Shown one piece after another: positions 1 to 11,400 of a stretch of DNA of 64,000 bases; the stretch's first letter is position 1; the number at the start of each line of letters is the position of its first letter. The position numbers and the translations under genes were made by a program. The stretch comes from Malacoraja senta. Its lineage: Eukaryota. The notes under the pieces were generated by a model that saw nothing but the letters and a program-made list of their open reading frames with translations, made no database searches and had not been told where the DNA came from. The stretch spans positions 2,668,001 to 2,732,000 of the forward strand of contig CM075997.1 of NCBI GenBank assembly GCA_038087875.1, read 5' to 3'.

Positions 1-2206
1 GGCTCTTAAAGATAGCGGAGTCAGGGGATATGGGGAGAAGGCAGGAACGGGGTACTGATTGTGGATGATCAGCCATGATCACATTGAATGGCGGTGCTGG
101 CTTGAAGGGCCGAATGGCCTACTCCTGCACCTATTGTCTATTGTCTATCTAATCTAGGGGTTCAAGAGATTTAGATACAGATACCTAAAAGTGATACAAG
201 CTAGTATCTAACCCAAAGATTCAGAGGGGTTATTAATGGCAGATATCTGGAAAGAGCTGTAATCTAATCTACCTTCTCTGCAACTTAAAACTCCTTTATC
301 TCCCCTTCCGAGTTCCGTCGAAGGACTTTCGACCGGACGTGTTAACTCTCGTCTCTCTTTCCGCAGATGCTGCCTGACCCGCCGGGTATTTCCAGCGCTT
401 TTCCAGTTTTTGTTTCAGATTTCCAGCATCTGCGGGCTCTTTTTACAATCTTGCCCTCGCCCCTGTATTGAGTGGACAGTGGGTATATTTCCCCCCCGTT
501 GGAGGAAGAGACTACGAGGAGGACAAGATGGCCTTTTAATTCAGGAACAAAGATGGTATAATTACCGAAAAACCGTAGCTGAAGGTTGTTTCTGTCTTTG
601 GGAACATTGGCATCACAGGGGCAGTGAACGGTGATCTTCAGCTGTTGCTCGCCAACTGTGAGGAAACAAACCATGAGAAAATGGCGGTGCGGCACGGTGG
701 CGAAGCGGTAGAGACCTGGGTTCGATCCTGACTACGGGTGTTTATCAGTCCGTTCTCCCTCCGTGAGGTCCTCCGAGATCTTCGTTTTCATCCCACACTC
801 CAAAGAAGTGCAGGTGTGTAGGTTCATTGTCTTGCTAAAAAATGTAAGCGTGTGTAGGGTAGTGACAATGTGCGGGGCTCGCTGGTCGGTGCCGATATGG
901 TGGGCTGAAGGGGCCTATTCCCGTGCTGTATCTCTACACTAAAACATAGAAAATAGGTGCAGGAGTAGGCCATTCGGCCCATTCGAGCCAAAAAGTCTAG
1001 TTCTTCCAAGGAAGATTCAACCTGACTCACTAACATACTGCTCCCAACTTCATAGTCCTCACCCAATGTCAAGACATTGGGCAGCTTACAACCCAGCGGT
1101 ATGAATATTGATTTATCCATCTTCAAGTGACTCTTGATTCCCCTCTCTCTCAGTCCCTCCCCCACATTAGTTTTAGTTTAAAGTTACAGCGCGGAAACAG
1201 GCCCTTCAGCCCACCGAGTCCGCGCCAACCACCGATCCCCGCACATTAACACCACCCTACACACACTAGGGACAATTTCACATTTACCAAGCCAATTAAC
1301 CAGAATCTGATAATTCCAGAACAAGGGGTCACAGTTTAAGGATAAAGGGGAAGTCTTTTAGGACTGAGATGAGAAAAACATTTTTTACACAGAGAGTGGT
1401 GAATCTCCGAGTCCTCTGGAATTCTCTGCCACCCTCCAGTCCTCTGGAATTCTCTGCCACAGAATGTAGTTGAGGCCAGTTCATTGGCTATATTTAAGAG
1501 GGAGTTAGATGTGGCCCTTGTGGCTAAAGGGATCAGGGGGTATGGAGAGTAGGCAGGTACAGGATACTGAGTTGGATGATCAGCCATGATCATATTGAAT
1601 GGCGGTGCAGGCTCGAAGGGCCGAATGGCCTACTCCTGCACCTATTTACTATGTTTCTAACCTACAAACCTGTACGCCTTTGGAGTGTGGGAGGAAACCG
1701 AAGATCTTGGAGAAAGCCCACTCATGTCACGGGGAGAACGTACAAACACCGTACAGACAGCACCCGTAGTCAGGATTGATCCCGGGTCTCTGGCGCTGTG
1801 AGGCAGCAACTTTACCGCTGCGCTACCTAGTTCGCCAACTAGTTCCTTCTGATTAAAGTTACTGATTGTATGCCTCGTTGTCAGATTCCCCTCAGCTAAC
1901 AACGAACCATTCTACACTTCCTTATCGTCTGCTTTGATCAATTGTTTTTCACACCTTACCCTTCCATATCTCTAGACTCCCTCTCCCCTGACTCTCAGTC
2001 TGAAGAATGGTCTGGACCAGAAACGTCGCCCATTCCTTCTCTCCAGAGATGCCGCCTCACCCGCTGAGTTACTCCAGCATTTTGTGTCAATCTACACTCA
2101 AAGTCCACGTTAGTCTTCACTCAGGTGGTCAGAGTGAGGCCACATGCAAATTGAAGGAACAGCGCCTAATATTTTGCTTGGCTAGCTTACAACCCAGCAG
2201 TGTCAA

Positions 2207-2615
2207 CCAAAGACCCTATAGCGAGCAAGATAGACCACTCGACGAAAAAGACGTAGTACGGTCATGGGCAGATTCATGGGTCATTTTCGGCCCCATTTCC
2301 GTAACCGGCTTCCGTCCCCGCACCAAAGATCCCGTCACAGCGGAGCAAAGATACTAGTGCGGAGACGGAAGCCGGTTACGGAAACATCCTCGTAAAAATC
2401 AAAGTTCTTTGGGAAAAATCTTCTCCACATTTTCAGAATTATAATTTATTAACACAAACTGTTCCCCCGCAACGTTGATTACACTGCGAGTCGGGTCGGG
2501 TCGGGTTACTGAAATGGATGAAAAAAAGGCCCGCGTTCCGCTCCGTTGCGTACTACACGTCAGCCCGTTGTATTTAGCAGGAGTGGTCTATCTTGCTCCG
2601 CTATAGGGTCTTTGG
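2207..2615. mobile_element. Non-autonomous DNA element with ~35-bp TIRs and imperfect 6-bp TSD, superfamily unassigned
   Basis: CCAAAGACCCTATAGCG-AGCAAGATAGACCACTC ... GAGTGGTCTATCTTGCTCCGCTATAGGGTCTTTGG; flanks tgtcaa/tgtgaa; interrupts a Penelope fragment. Confidence 0.8.
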
Positions 2616-3082
2616 TGTGAACGTTGAATTCTCCCAAGTCCTGGCGTTTGGAGGGGAGAATGGATGGAATTATTGTATTGAAGGCACAGCTATATTCCAT
2701 TAATTGGAGTCTAACGTAGGTGCCTTAAATCTGATTATCCGGGCATCCTTAGTGGCACTTCCAGCCTTCCGAAAAACTCAATCAGATTCGTGAGACACGA
2801 CCTCCCACGTACAAAACCATGACGACTATCCGTAATCAGCCTCTGTCCATCTAAATGCATGTATATCCTATCCCTCAGAATACCCTCGAGTTACTTTACA
2901 ACTACAGATGTTAAGCTCACTGGACTGCAGTTCCCAGCATCCCCCCCACAGCCCATCTTCAATAGACGCACAACAATGGCCACCCTCCAGTCCTCTGGCA
3001 CCTCTCCTGCATTGAAAGACGTATCGTCAAATCCTCAAGGGATGCCCACAGGTTGTGAAAGGTGCTACAAGAATGCACAAAA

Positions 3083-3415
3083 GCGGCACGGTGGCGCAGC
3101 GGTAGAGTCCCTGCCTCACGGGGCCAGGGACCCCCCGTTCGATCCTGACCTCGGGTGCTGTCTGTACGGAGTTTGCACGGACTCTTCTCCCCGTGAGTTT
3201 TCTCCGGGTGCTCCGGTTCCCCCCCCCCGCACTCCAAAGACAAGTGCAGGTTCGTAGGGACTACCTGAAATTGGCTTCGGTAAACTTGCCCCTAGTGTGT
3301 AGGTTGCGGAACTGGGATAACATCAAGCGAGTGTACGGGGGTGGGGGGTCGCTGGTCGGCGCGGACTCGGTGGGCCGAAGGGCCTGTTTCCACCCTGTAT
3401 CTCTAAAGTCTAAAG
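3083..3415 (+). mobile_element. tRNA-derived V-SINE (HE1-like); representative of tens of copies (e.g. 7800-8100 -, 40710-40990 -, 42455-42785 +, 48765-49056 +, 59645-59960 +)
   Basis: Head gcggcacggtggcgcagcggtagag (A box) ... gttcgatcc (B box), core ggagtttg...ccggtttcctcccac, and a CR1-like tail gggccgaagggcctgtttcc...tgtatctctaaa. Confidence 0.85.
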
Positions 3416-4161
3416 ACTGCTGTACAATTACCTTTGTTCAAGACCCATTCTCTCACTGTCTCGGTCACATCAAATGAGATCCATTCATCATTCCCTTTGG
3501 TTCTCAGTAGCCGGTTGTCCAGGTAGAAGCTGATATTGGAATGGATCTGGATTAAACAGGACATGAGGATTATTTCAGTGATAAACCTTGTTTAAGAAGG
3601 AACTGCAGATGCTGGAAAATCGAAGGTAGACAAAAATGCTGGAGGAACTCAGCGGGTGAGGCAGCATCTATGGAGCAAAGGAAATAGGCGACGTTTCGGG
3701 CCGAAACCACCCTTCTTCAGACTGATGTGAGGGTGGTGGGGGGGACGGGAAGAAGAAAGGAAGAGGTGGAGCCAGTGGGCTGAGGGAGAGCTGAGAAGGG
3801 GAGGAGAAAGTAGGGACTACCTGAAATTAGAGAAGTCAATGGGGTGCAAACTGCCCAAGCTAAATATGAGGTGCTGCTCCTCAATCTCCTTTAAACTTTG
3901 GCCCTCTTTGCACCTTACAGCTATGCCCTCTAGTCTTTGACATTTCCATCCGGAGAATAAGGTTCTGACTGTCTACCACCTCTCATCATTTCACAAACTT
4001 CTATCGGGTCACCTCTCAACCTCTGGCACAGAGAGAACAACTCAAAATGGTCCAAGGATAGACACAAAACGCTGGAGTAACTCAGCGGGTCAGGCGGCAT
4101 CTGTGGAGGAAATGTATATGTGATGTTTCGGATCGGGACCATTCTTCAGACTGATTGCAAA

Positions 4162-4760
4162 TCTCAACCTCATCTACTGTATCGGTTGTTGAAGATGTGG
4201 ACTCTTATACATCGGCGAGACTAAACGCAGACTGGGCGATCGTTTCACCGAACACCTTCGCTCAGCCCACCTGAACCTACCTGATCTCCCAGTTGCCAAA
4301 CACTTTAATTCTCCTTCCCATTCCCACACAGACCTTTCTGTCCTCGGTCTCCTCCATTGTCAGAGTGAGGCAAAATGCAAATTGGAGGAACAGCATCTCA
4401 TATTTTGCTTGGGCAGCTTACAGCCCAGTGGTATGAATGTTGATGTCTCTCACTTCAGGTAGCCCCGGCATTCCCTCTCTCTCTATACCTCCCCCACCCA
4501 AGTCACACCAGCTTCTCGTTCTCACCTAGCAAACAGCTAACAATGGCCTGTTTCCTTCATCATCGTTACTTTTTTGCATATCTTTCATTCATTGTTCTTT
4601 ATCTCTCCACATCGACGTCTATATCTCTCATTTCCCTTATCCCTAACCAGTCTGAAGAAGGGTCTCCTGAAACGTGACCCATTCCTTCTCTCCAGAGATG
4701 CTGCCTGACCCGCTGAGTTACTCCAGCATTTTGTGTCTATCTTCGGTTTAAACTAGCATC
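4162..4760 (+). mobile_element. Penelope-like element 3' fragment (degenerate GIY-YIG endonuclease + pseudo-LTR)
   Basis: Translates NLIYCIGC*RCGLLYIGETKRRLGDRFTEHLRS (GIY-YIG motif), followed by the ctgaagaagggtc...gaaacgt terminal repeat found throughout the window. Confidence 0.85.
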
Positions 4761-4814
4761 TGTACACTTAGGAGTGTTGTTTGAGGAATAACTAGCAAGG
4801 ACACTGTCATATAA

Positions 4815-5267
4815 GGCGGGACTGTCATATGAGGAAAGATTGTAAAGACTAGGCTTGTATTCACTGGAGTTTAGAAGGATGAGGGGGAATCTTATGGAAA
4901 CATATAAAATTATAAAAGGACTGGACAAGCTAGATGCAGGAAAAATGTTCCCAATGTTGGGCGAGTCCAGAACCAGGGGCTACAGTCTTAGAATAAAGGG
5001 GAGGCCATTTAAGACTGAGGTGAGAAAAAACTTTTTCACCCCGAGAGTTGGGAATTTATGGAATTCCCTGCCACAGAGGGCAGTGGAGGCCAAGTCACTG
5101 GATGGATTTAAGAGATAGAGCTCTAGGGGCTAGTGGAGTCAAGGGATATGGGGAGAAGGCAGGCACGGGTTATTGATAGGGGACGATTAGCCATGATCAC
5201 AATGAATGGCGGTGCTGGCTCGAAGGGCCGAATGGCCTCCTCCTGCACCTATTTTCTATGTTTCTAT
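4815..5267 (+). mobile_element. CR1/HER1-type LINE 3' fragment (representative; dozens of copies, e.g. 27180-27590 -, 45095-45500 +, 61085-61575 -, 63042-63635 -)
   Basis: ORF2 C-terminus YSLEFRRMRGNLMETYKI...RTRGYSLRI...FFTPRVGNLWNSLP plus 3' UTR gggccgaatggcct...(tttctatg)n tail. Confidence 0.9.
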
Positions 5268-5334
5268 GACCAGTGAGAACGCTCTCTTTATAAATGCTTA
5301 CTGCTCAGGTTGATTTTACACACAGATGATTTAA

Positions 5335-6055
5335 AGGCTCTTGGGCAGGGCGGGTACACCCGGCGTCACGACCAGGTTCTTAAATCCATTGCAGAAGCCA
5401 TCAGCATGGGAATCAGCAGTTGCAGTCGAGCACGGCCCCACCACCCAGATGGTCACCTTCATGAAGGCCCCAGTGCAGCTGCCAAGAAACACAGGAATCC
5501 GTCAGGAATCCTGGCCACTGCGCAGGACTGGCAGCTTTCCGTAGACCTGGTGAAACAGCTGAAGTTCCCACAGCACACTGCCACGACCACCCTGAGGCCA
5601 GACATCCTCCTGGTCTCAGAGGCGACCAAAAACCATCGTCTTGTTGGAACTGACAGTGCCGTGGGAGGACCGTCTGGAGGAGAGGAAGAGGACCAAGTAC
5701 GAAGAGCTGGTCATAGACTGCCGCAAGCAGGGCTGGAAGGCAAGGTGTAGGCCCATCGAGGTTGGCTGCAGGGGTTTTGCAGGGCAATCGCTCGACTCAG
5801 CCTTGAGTGCACTGGGCATGAACGGAATGGCGAGGAGAAGAGCCGTCAAGACCACAGAGGCCTCGAGATGGCTCTGGATCAGGAGAGAAGGCCCATGGGG
5901 AGGAGTGAATACCACCTGAACACAAGTCGTGGTCTGATCAACCACGGCTGGGTCACCTGGGTGAGGGTGTCTGATGTTGAAAGACCCGAAACACCCAATG
6001 ACCCCAGCGTTACATCACTGATGATGTGTTCGGGAGCATCAAGAGATGTGTTTTT
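5335..6055 (+). mobile_element. Hero/R2-group non-LTR retrotransposon 3' fragment (restriction-like endonuclease), frameshifted
   Basis: YTRRHDQVL ... LRPDILLVS ... LELTVPWE ... KRTKY ... PIEVGCRG: the RH / PD / E / KxxKY motifs of restriction-like-endonuclease LINEs. Confidence 0.85.
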
Positions 6056-6413
6056 TAATCAATATTTATAACTACTTTCTGCGAAATTCCCATTAAAATA
6101 TAGTCAGAGAGAAGATACAGCAGGGCAACAGGCCCTTCAGCCCACTCACACCGTGCTGACCATCAACCACCCCTTTACACTCATTTTTTTATTTTTTATT
6201 TACCCCCAAATCTCCATCCATTCCCACCCGGATTCTACCACTTGTCGGTACTCTGGGAACAATCTGTAAACGTTTACCAGGATGCTGCCTGGATGAGAGG
6301 GTGTTGATTAAATATCCCCCCCCCCCCCCCCGACTCTCAGTCCGAAGAAGAGTCTCCACCCGAAACGTCACCCATTCCTTCTCTCCAGAGACGCTGCCTG
6401 TCCCGCTGAGTTA

Positions 6414-6640
6414 AGGGCTGTCCCACTTTCACGACCTAATTCACGACCTCTGCCGAGTTTGCCCTTGACTCATATTGGCAGCATGGTCGTCACGAGGTCG
6501 TAGGTAGGTCGTAGCGGGCCGTGATGCTGGTCGTAGGTACTCGTGGCATCCAAGTAGGTCGGGGCGTTTTTCTAGCCCGATGAAAAATGTCCACGAGTAA
6601 AAAAGGTCGTGAATTAGGTCGTGAAAGTGGGACCGGCCCA
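6414..6640. mobile_element. PIF/Harbinger-type MITE
   Basis: TIR GGGCTGTCCCACTTTCACGACCTAATTCACGACCT with its inverse; tta/taa flanks. Confidence 0.8.
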
Positions 6641-6698
6641 TAACTCAGCGTTTTGTGTCTACTTCCTTTTTTGTTTGATTTTCTTTAAACCAGCCTTG

Positions 6699-7355
6699 AG
6701 GGCCTGTCCCACTTATGTGTCCTTGGCACGCAAATTGAGGCGTACGGGCATCGTGTGGCCTCGCGGGGCCGGTCCCACTGAGAAATGCGGAGAGGTATGT
6801 AGTTGTGCTCCGGAATTTTTGTAGCGAACAAGATCTTCGCGCGCCAACGGCCTGTCGCGGAACTGACGGCCAAAGTGGGACAGGCCCAAGACCCTGGCGC
6901 TACGCAACGTCTCACCTCCAACAGCAGCAGAAGCAGGCAAACGATCGCCGAGCTCGGCCTGGGGCTCACGGCCGTTGCGGTCCGGATCCGCCCCCACTTC
7001 TACTCCCAGAGCGGCGCCAAGAAAATTGAAGATGGACACAAAATGCAGGAGTAACTCAGCGGGACCGGCAGCATCTCTGGAGAGAAGGAATGGGTGACGT
7101 TTCGGGTCAAGACCCTTCTTTTCAGACTGAAGAAGAGTCTCGACACGAAACGTCACCCATTGCTTCTCTCCAGAGACGCTGCCGGTCCCGCTGAGTTACT
7201 CCAGCTTGGTGTCCATCTTCAAATGACGTCGCGCGCTCCAGACGGCTGTGCGGACGCATGGAATCGTGCCCGACCTTCGCGGGGCCGTCTCGGCTCAACG
7301 CGACCACGAGGTCGCGTAATTTGCGTGCCAAGGACAAGTAAGTGGGACAGGCCCT
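6699..7355. mobile_element. PIF/Harbinger-type MITE with nested Penelope palindrome
   Basis: AGGGCCTGTCCCACTTA..GTCCTTGGCACGCAAATT ... AATTTGCGTGCCAAGGAC..TAAGTGGGACAGGCCCT. Confidence 0.8.
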
Positions 7356-8270
7356 TTACAGGCAGCAAATTCCACATCACCAGCACATAATTGTCCATGC
7401 ACTTCCCTTGTTGCCCTCGCCACCAACAATTAAGGCTGTGCTTCCCCTCCTTAATACCTCAGCTGACATGACCAACTTCGCTGGGCCAAATACTTAGTAA
7501 TGTTGACGTCACACTCTGAGTCAACTGCTTGCGTTTCCTCCCACATCCCAAAGATGTGTAAGTCAAGAAGTTAATTGGCCACTGTAAATTTCCCCTAGTG
7601 TAGGTGGTTAGTAGAAGCCAGGGATCGTTTAGTTTAGTTTAGTTCAGTGATGAATGCTGTGGTGGGTGTTGGTGTTCAATTTTGATTGTGATCTTGTGTG
7701 TTTTTTTTTCATTGTACCGCAGCTGGAAATAAATTCATTTCACTTGCACTGTATGTGCAATGTGACGAATAAAACTGATATTGATATTGATTGATATTGA
7801 GTTTAGAGATACAGCGCGGAAACAGGCCCTTCGGCCCACCAAGTCCGCGCCGACCAGCGATCCCCACACACACACACACACACTAGGGACAATTCTACAT
7901 TTACACCAAGCCAATTAACCTACAAACCTGGACGTCTTTGGAGTTTCGGAGGAAACGGAAGTTCTTGGAGAAAACCCACGCAGGTCACGGGGAGAACGTG
8001 CAAACTCCGAACAGACAGCACCCGTAACTAGGATCAAACCCGGGTCTCTGGCGCTGTGAGGGCTGTAAGGCAGCAACTCTACCGCTGCGCCTCCGTGCTG
8101 CCCAATAGTTGTTGGGAATGTGAGAGAGAACAGGTCTCGGAGAAAATTAAATGGGAATGGGATTTCTCTGAGCTAGCATAGACTCAATGGGCCAAAGAGC
8201 CACCTTCTTAGTCATATAGAAAATTGGGTGAACTCTTGTCCCTTGAATTGCCTGTTATTAGTGACTAAAC

Positions 8271-8470
8271 NNNNNNNNNNNNNNNNNNNNNNNNNNNNNN
8301 NNNNNNNNNNNNNNNNNNNNNNNNNNNNNNNNNNNNNNNNNNNNNNNNNNNNNNNNNNNNNNNNNNNNNNNNNNNNNNNNNNNNNNNNNNNNNNNNNNNN
8401 NNNNNNNNNNNNNNNNNNNNNNNNNNNNNNNNNNNNNNNNNNNNNNNNNNNNNNNNNNNNNNNNNNNNNN
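8271..8470. other. Assembly gap (200 N)
   Basis: Run of N. Confidence 1.
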
Positions 8471-11400
8471 GGAAATCCTTTAAAACCGAGATGAGAAGAA
8501 CACTTTTTCACACAGAGAGTGGTGAATCTCTGGAACTCTCTGCCACAGAGGGTAGTCGAGGCCAGTTCATTGGCTATATTTAAGAGGGAGCTAGATGTGG
8601 CCCTTGTGGCTAAAGGGATCAGAGGGTATGGAGAGAAGGCAGGTACGGGATACTGAGTTGGATGATCAGCCATGATCATATTGAATGGCGGTGCAGGCTC
8701 GAAGGGCCGAATGGCCTACTCCTGCACCTAATTTCTATGTTTCTATGTTTCTATGTAAACCAGCATCTGCAGTTCCTTCCTTCATATTTCGCCCGGGTAT
8801 GAATATTGACTTCTCTAACTTCAAGTAACCCATATAATACTGAAGGTAGACAAAAAAATGCTGGAGAAACTCAGCGGGTGCAGCAGCATCTATGTGGAGC
8901 GAAGGAAATAGGCAACGTTTCGGGCCGAAACCCTTCTTCAGACTGAGTGTCAGGGGAAAAGGGAGATACAGAGATAGGGGAAGTGTAAAGTGTGAAAACG
9001 AGACATGAAAGGGGATGAAGTTCAGGGAGAATGTAAAATAGATCATTGTTAGCTAGGAGAAGGTAGCACCAAAGCAAACAGGGATAAAATGGAATCGGGG
9101 AGGGGTGACAGTCAAACTGGGTCGGAGAACTGGGAAAGAGGAGGGATGGAGCAAGGGTTATGATTTGAGAATTAAGGGACAAAAGTTTAGGGGCAACATG
9201 AGGGGGAACTTCTTTACTCAGAGAGTGGTAGCTGTGTGGAATGAGCTTCCAGTGGAAGTGGTGGAGGCAGGTTCGATTTTATCATTTAAAAATAAATTGG
9301 ATGGGTATATGGACGGGAAGGGAATGGAGGGTTATGGTCTGAGTGCAGGTAGATGGGACTAGGTGAGAGTAAGTTTTCGGCACGGACTAGAAGGGCCGAA
9401 GGTACACAAAAATGCTGGAGAAACTCAGCGGGTGCAGCAGCATCTACGGAGCGAAGGAAATAGGCAACGTCTCGGGCCGAAACCCTTCTTCAGAAGGGCT
9501 GAGATGGCCTGTTTCCGTGCTGTAATTGTTAGAGAAACATAGAATATAGGTGCAGGAGTAGGCCATTCGGCCCTTCAAGCCTGCACCGCCATTCAATGTG
9601 ATCATGGCTGATCATCCAACTCCGTATTAACATCCAGCTAACTTCTCCTAGCTAACAATGATCTATTTTACATTCTCCCTGAGCTTCATCCCCTTTCATG
9701 TCTCGTTTTCACACCTTACACTTCCCTATCTCTGTATCTCCCTTTCCCCTGACACTCAGTCTGAAGAAGGGTCTCGACCCGAAACGTCACCCATTCCTTC
9801 TCCCCAACGATGCTGCCTGTCCCGCTGAGTTACTCCAGCAGTGTGTGCCCACCCGCCTCCATCGGCCGGGCCTCTCTGTTTGAAGTTAAACCATTTAATT
9901 TTCTTTCTCCCCCTCCCCTGAAGAAGGAACTGCCTCTTAGTGGAATACATTCGCCAATAGATTCGCAAAGTAAAGATGGATAGGAAAAAAATAGAGGGAT
10001 ATGGGCCGAATGTAGGCAGGTGGGACTAGAGTAGATGGGGCCTGTTGGTCGGCATAGGCAAGTTGGGCCGAAGGGCCTGTTTCCACAATGAATGACTCAA
10101 TGGTTGGTATTTCCCAAAGTCGTCGCATTCTCTCTCCCTCTCTCTCTCTCTCTCCCCTCTCTCTCCCCCTCTCTCTCCCTCTCTCTCCCCCCTCTCCCCC
10201 TCTCCCCCTCTCCCCCTCTCACCCTCTCTCTCTCCCCCTCTCTCCCCCCCTCTCTCTCACCCTCTCTCCCTCTCTCTCTCCTGCTATCCGGGGACAGTCA
10301 GGGAGAGGGGCGGAGAGAGGGGAGACAGAGACACACAGAGGGAGAGACAGGGGGAGAACGTGAGGGAGACAGAGAAACACACACACACACACACACACAC
10401 AGACAGGCAGAGACTAATAGGCAAACAGGGTTACAGACAGCAGCAAGCAGAAAGGCACAATAGACAAACACAAAAAGCTGGAGTAACTCAGCGGGACAGG
10501 CATAGGCAGCATCTCTGGAGAGAAGGAATGGGTGACGTTTCTGGTCAAGACCCTTCTAAAGACACAATGTCACAGACACACAGATTGAGACAGACAAACA
10601 CAGAGTCAGACACATGGGCAGCCAGACAGAGACAGGGGCCAGGTAGATAGACAGACAGACAGACAGGGTTGTCAGGGAAGGTAACACGACCCTGTCTCTG
10701 TTGGCGCTGCCGCTCCACACGCCTTGCAATGGTCACCGTGAGGAAAGGTGGTTGAAGCAATCCCCCCCGGGGAGAGCAGCTGAAGATTTGCAGGGAAACG
10801 GCGGACTGAGTCCGAGCTCACTGGGAGATGTGTGTGGGCTGCTGGCAGAGGGAAGGGCGGGTGTGTGTGGGACCCCAGGCTGGGTCTCCTGCCAAAAGCT
10901 TTGGCCTCAGACGCACCATAGCAGTGACTGTGTAGGAAGGAACTACCAGTAGAACATAGACACGAGTAGTAGACACAATAAACTGGAGTCACTCAGCGGG
11001 ACAGGCAGCATCTCTGGGGAGAAGGAATGGCTGACGTTTCGTGTCAAGACCCTTCTTCAGACTGAAACCAACTTTCAGTTTAAACCAGCATCTGCAGTTC
11101 CTTCTTACACAGTCAATGCTAGACAGACATTAGACAGTAGATCAGCCCTCCAGCGATCACACTATGCTACAGAAGTCTGAAGAAGGGTCTTGACCCGAAA
11201 CGTCACCCATTCCTTCTCTCCAGAGACGCTGCCTGAGTTACTCTAGCATTTTGTGTCTGTCTTCGATTTAAACCAGCATCTGCAGTTCCTTCCGACACAT
11301 TTACACCACAATACTGTCGCCCACACCAACATTAACCTACACACTAGGGACAATTTACAATCTCTACCAAAGCTAATTAACCTACAAAAACCTGTAGATC

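Noticed and set aside
3083..3160. tRNA genes
   Set aside because: A/B-box heads run directly into SINE bodies; these are tRNA-derived SINEs, not tRNAs
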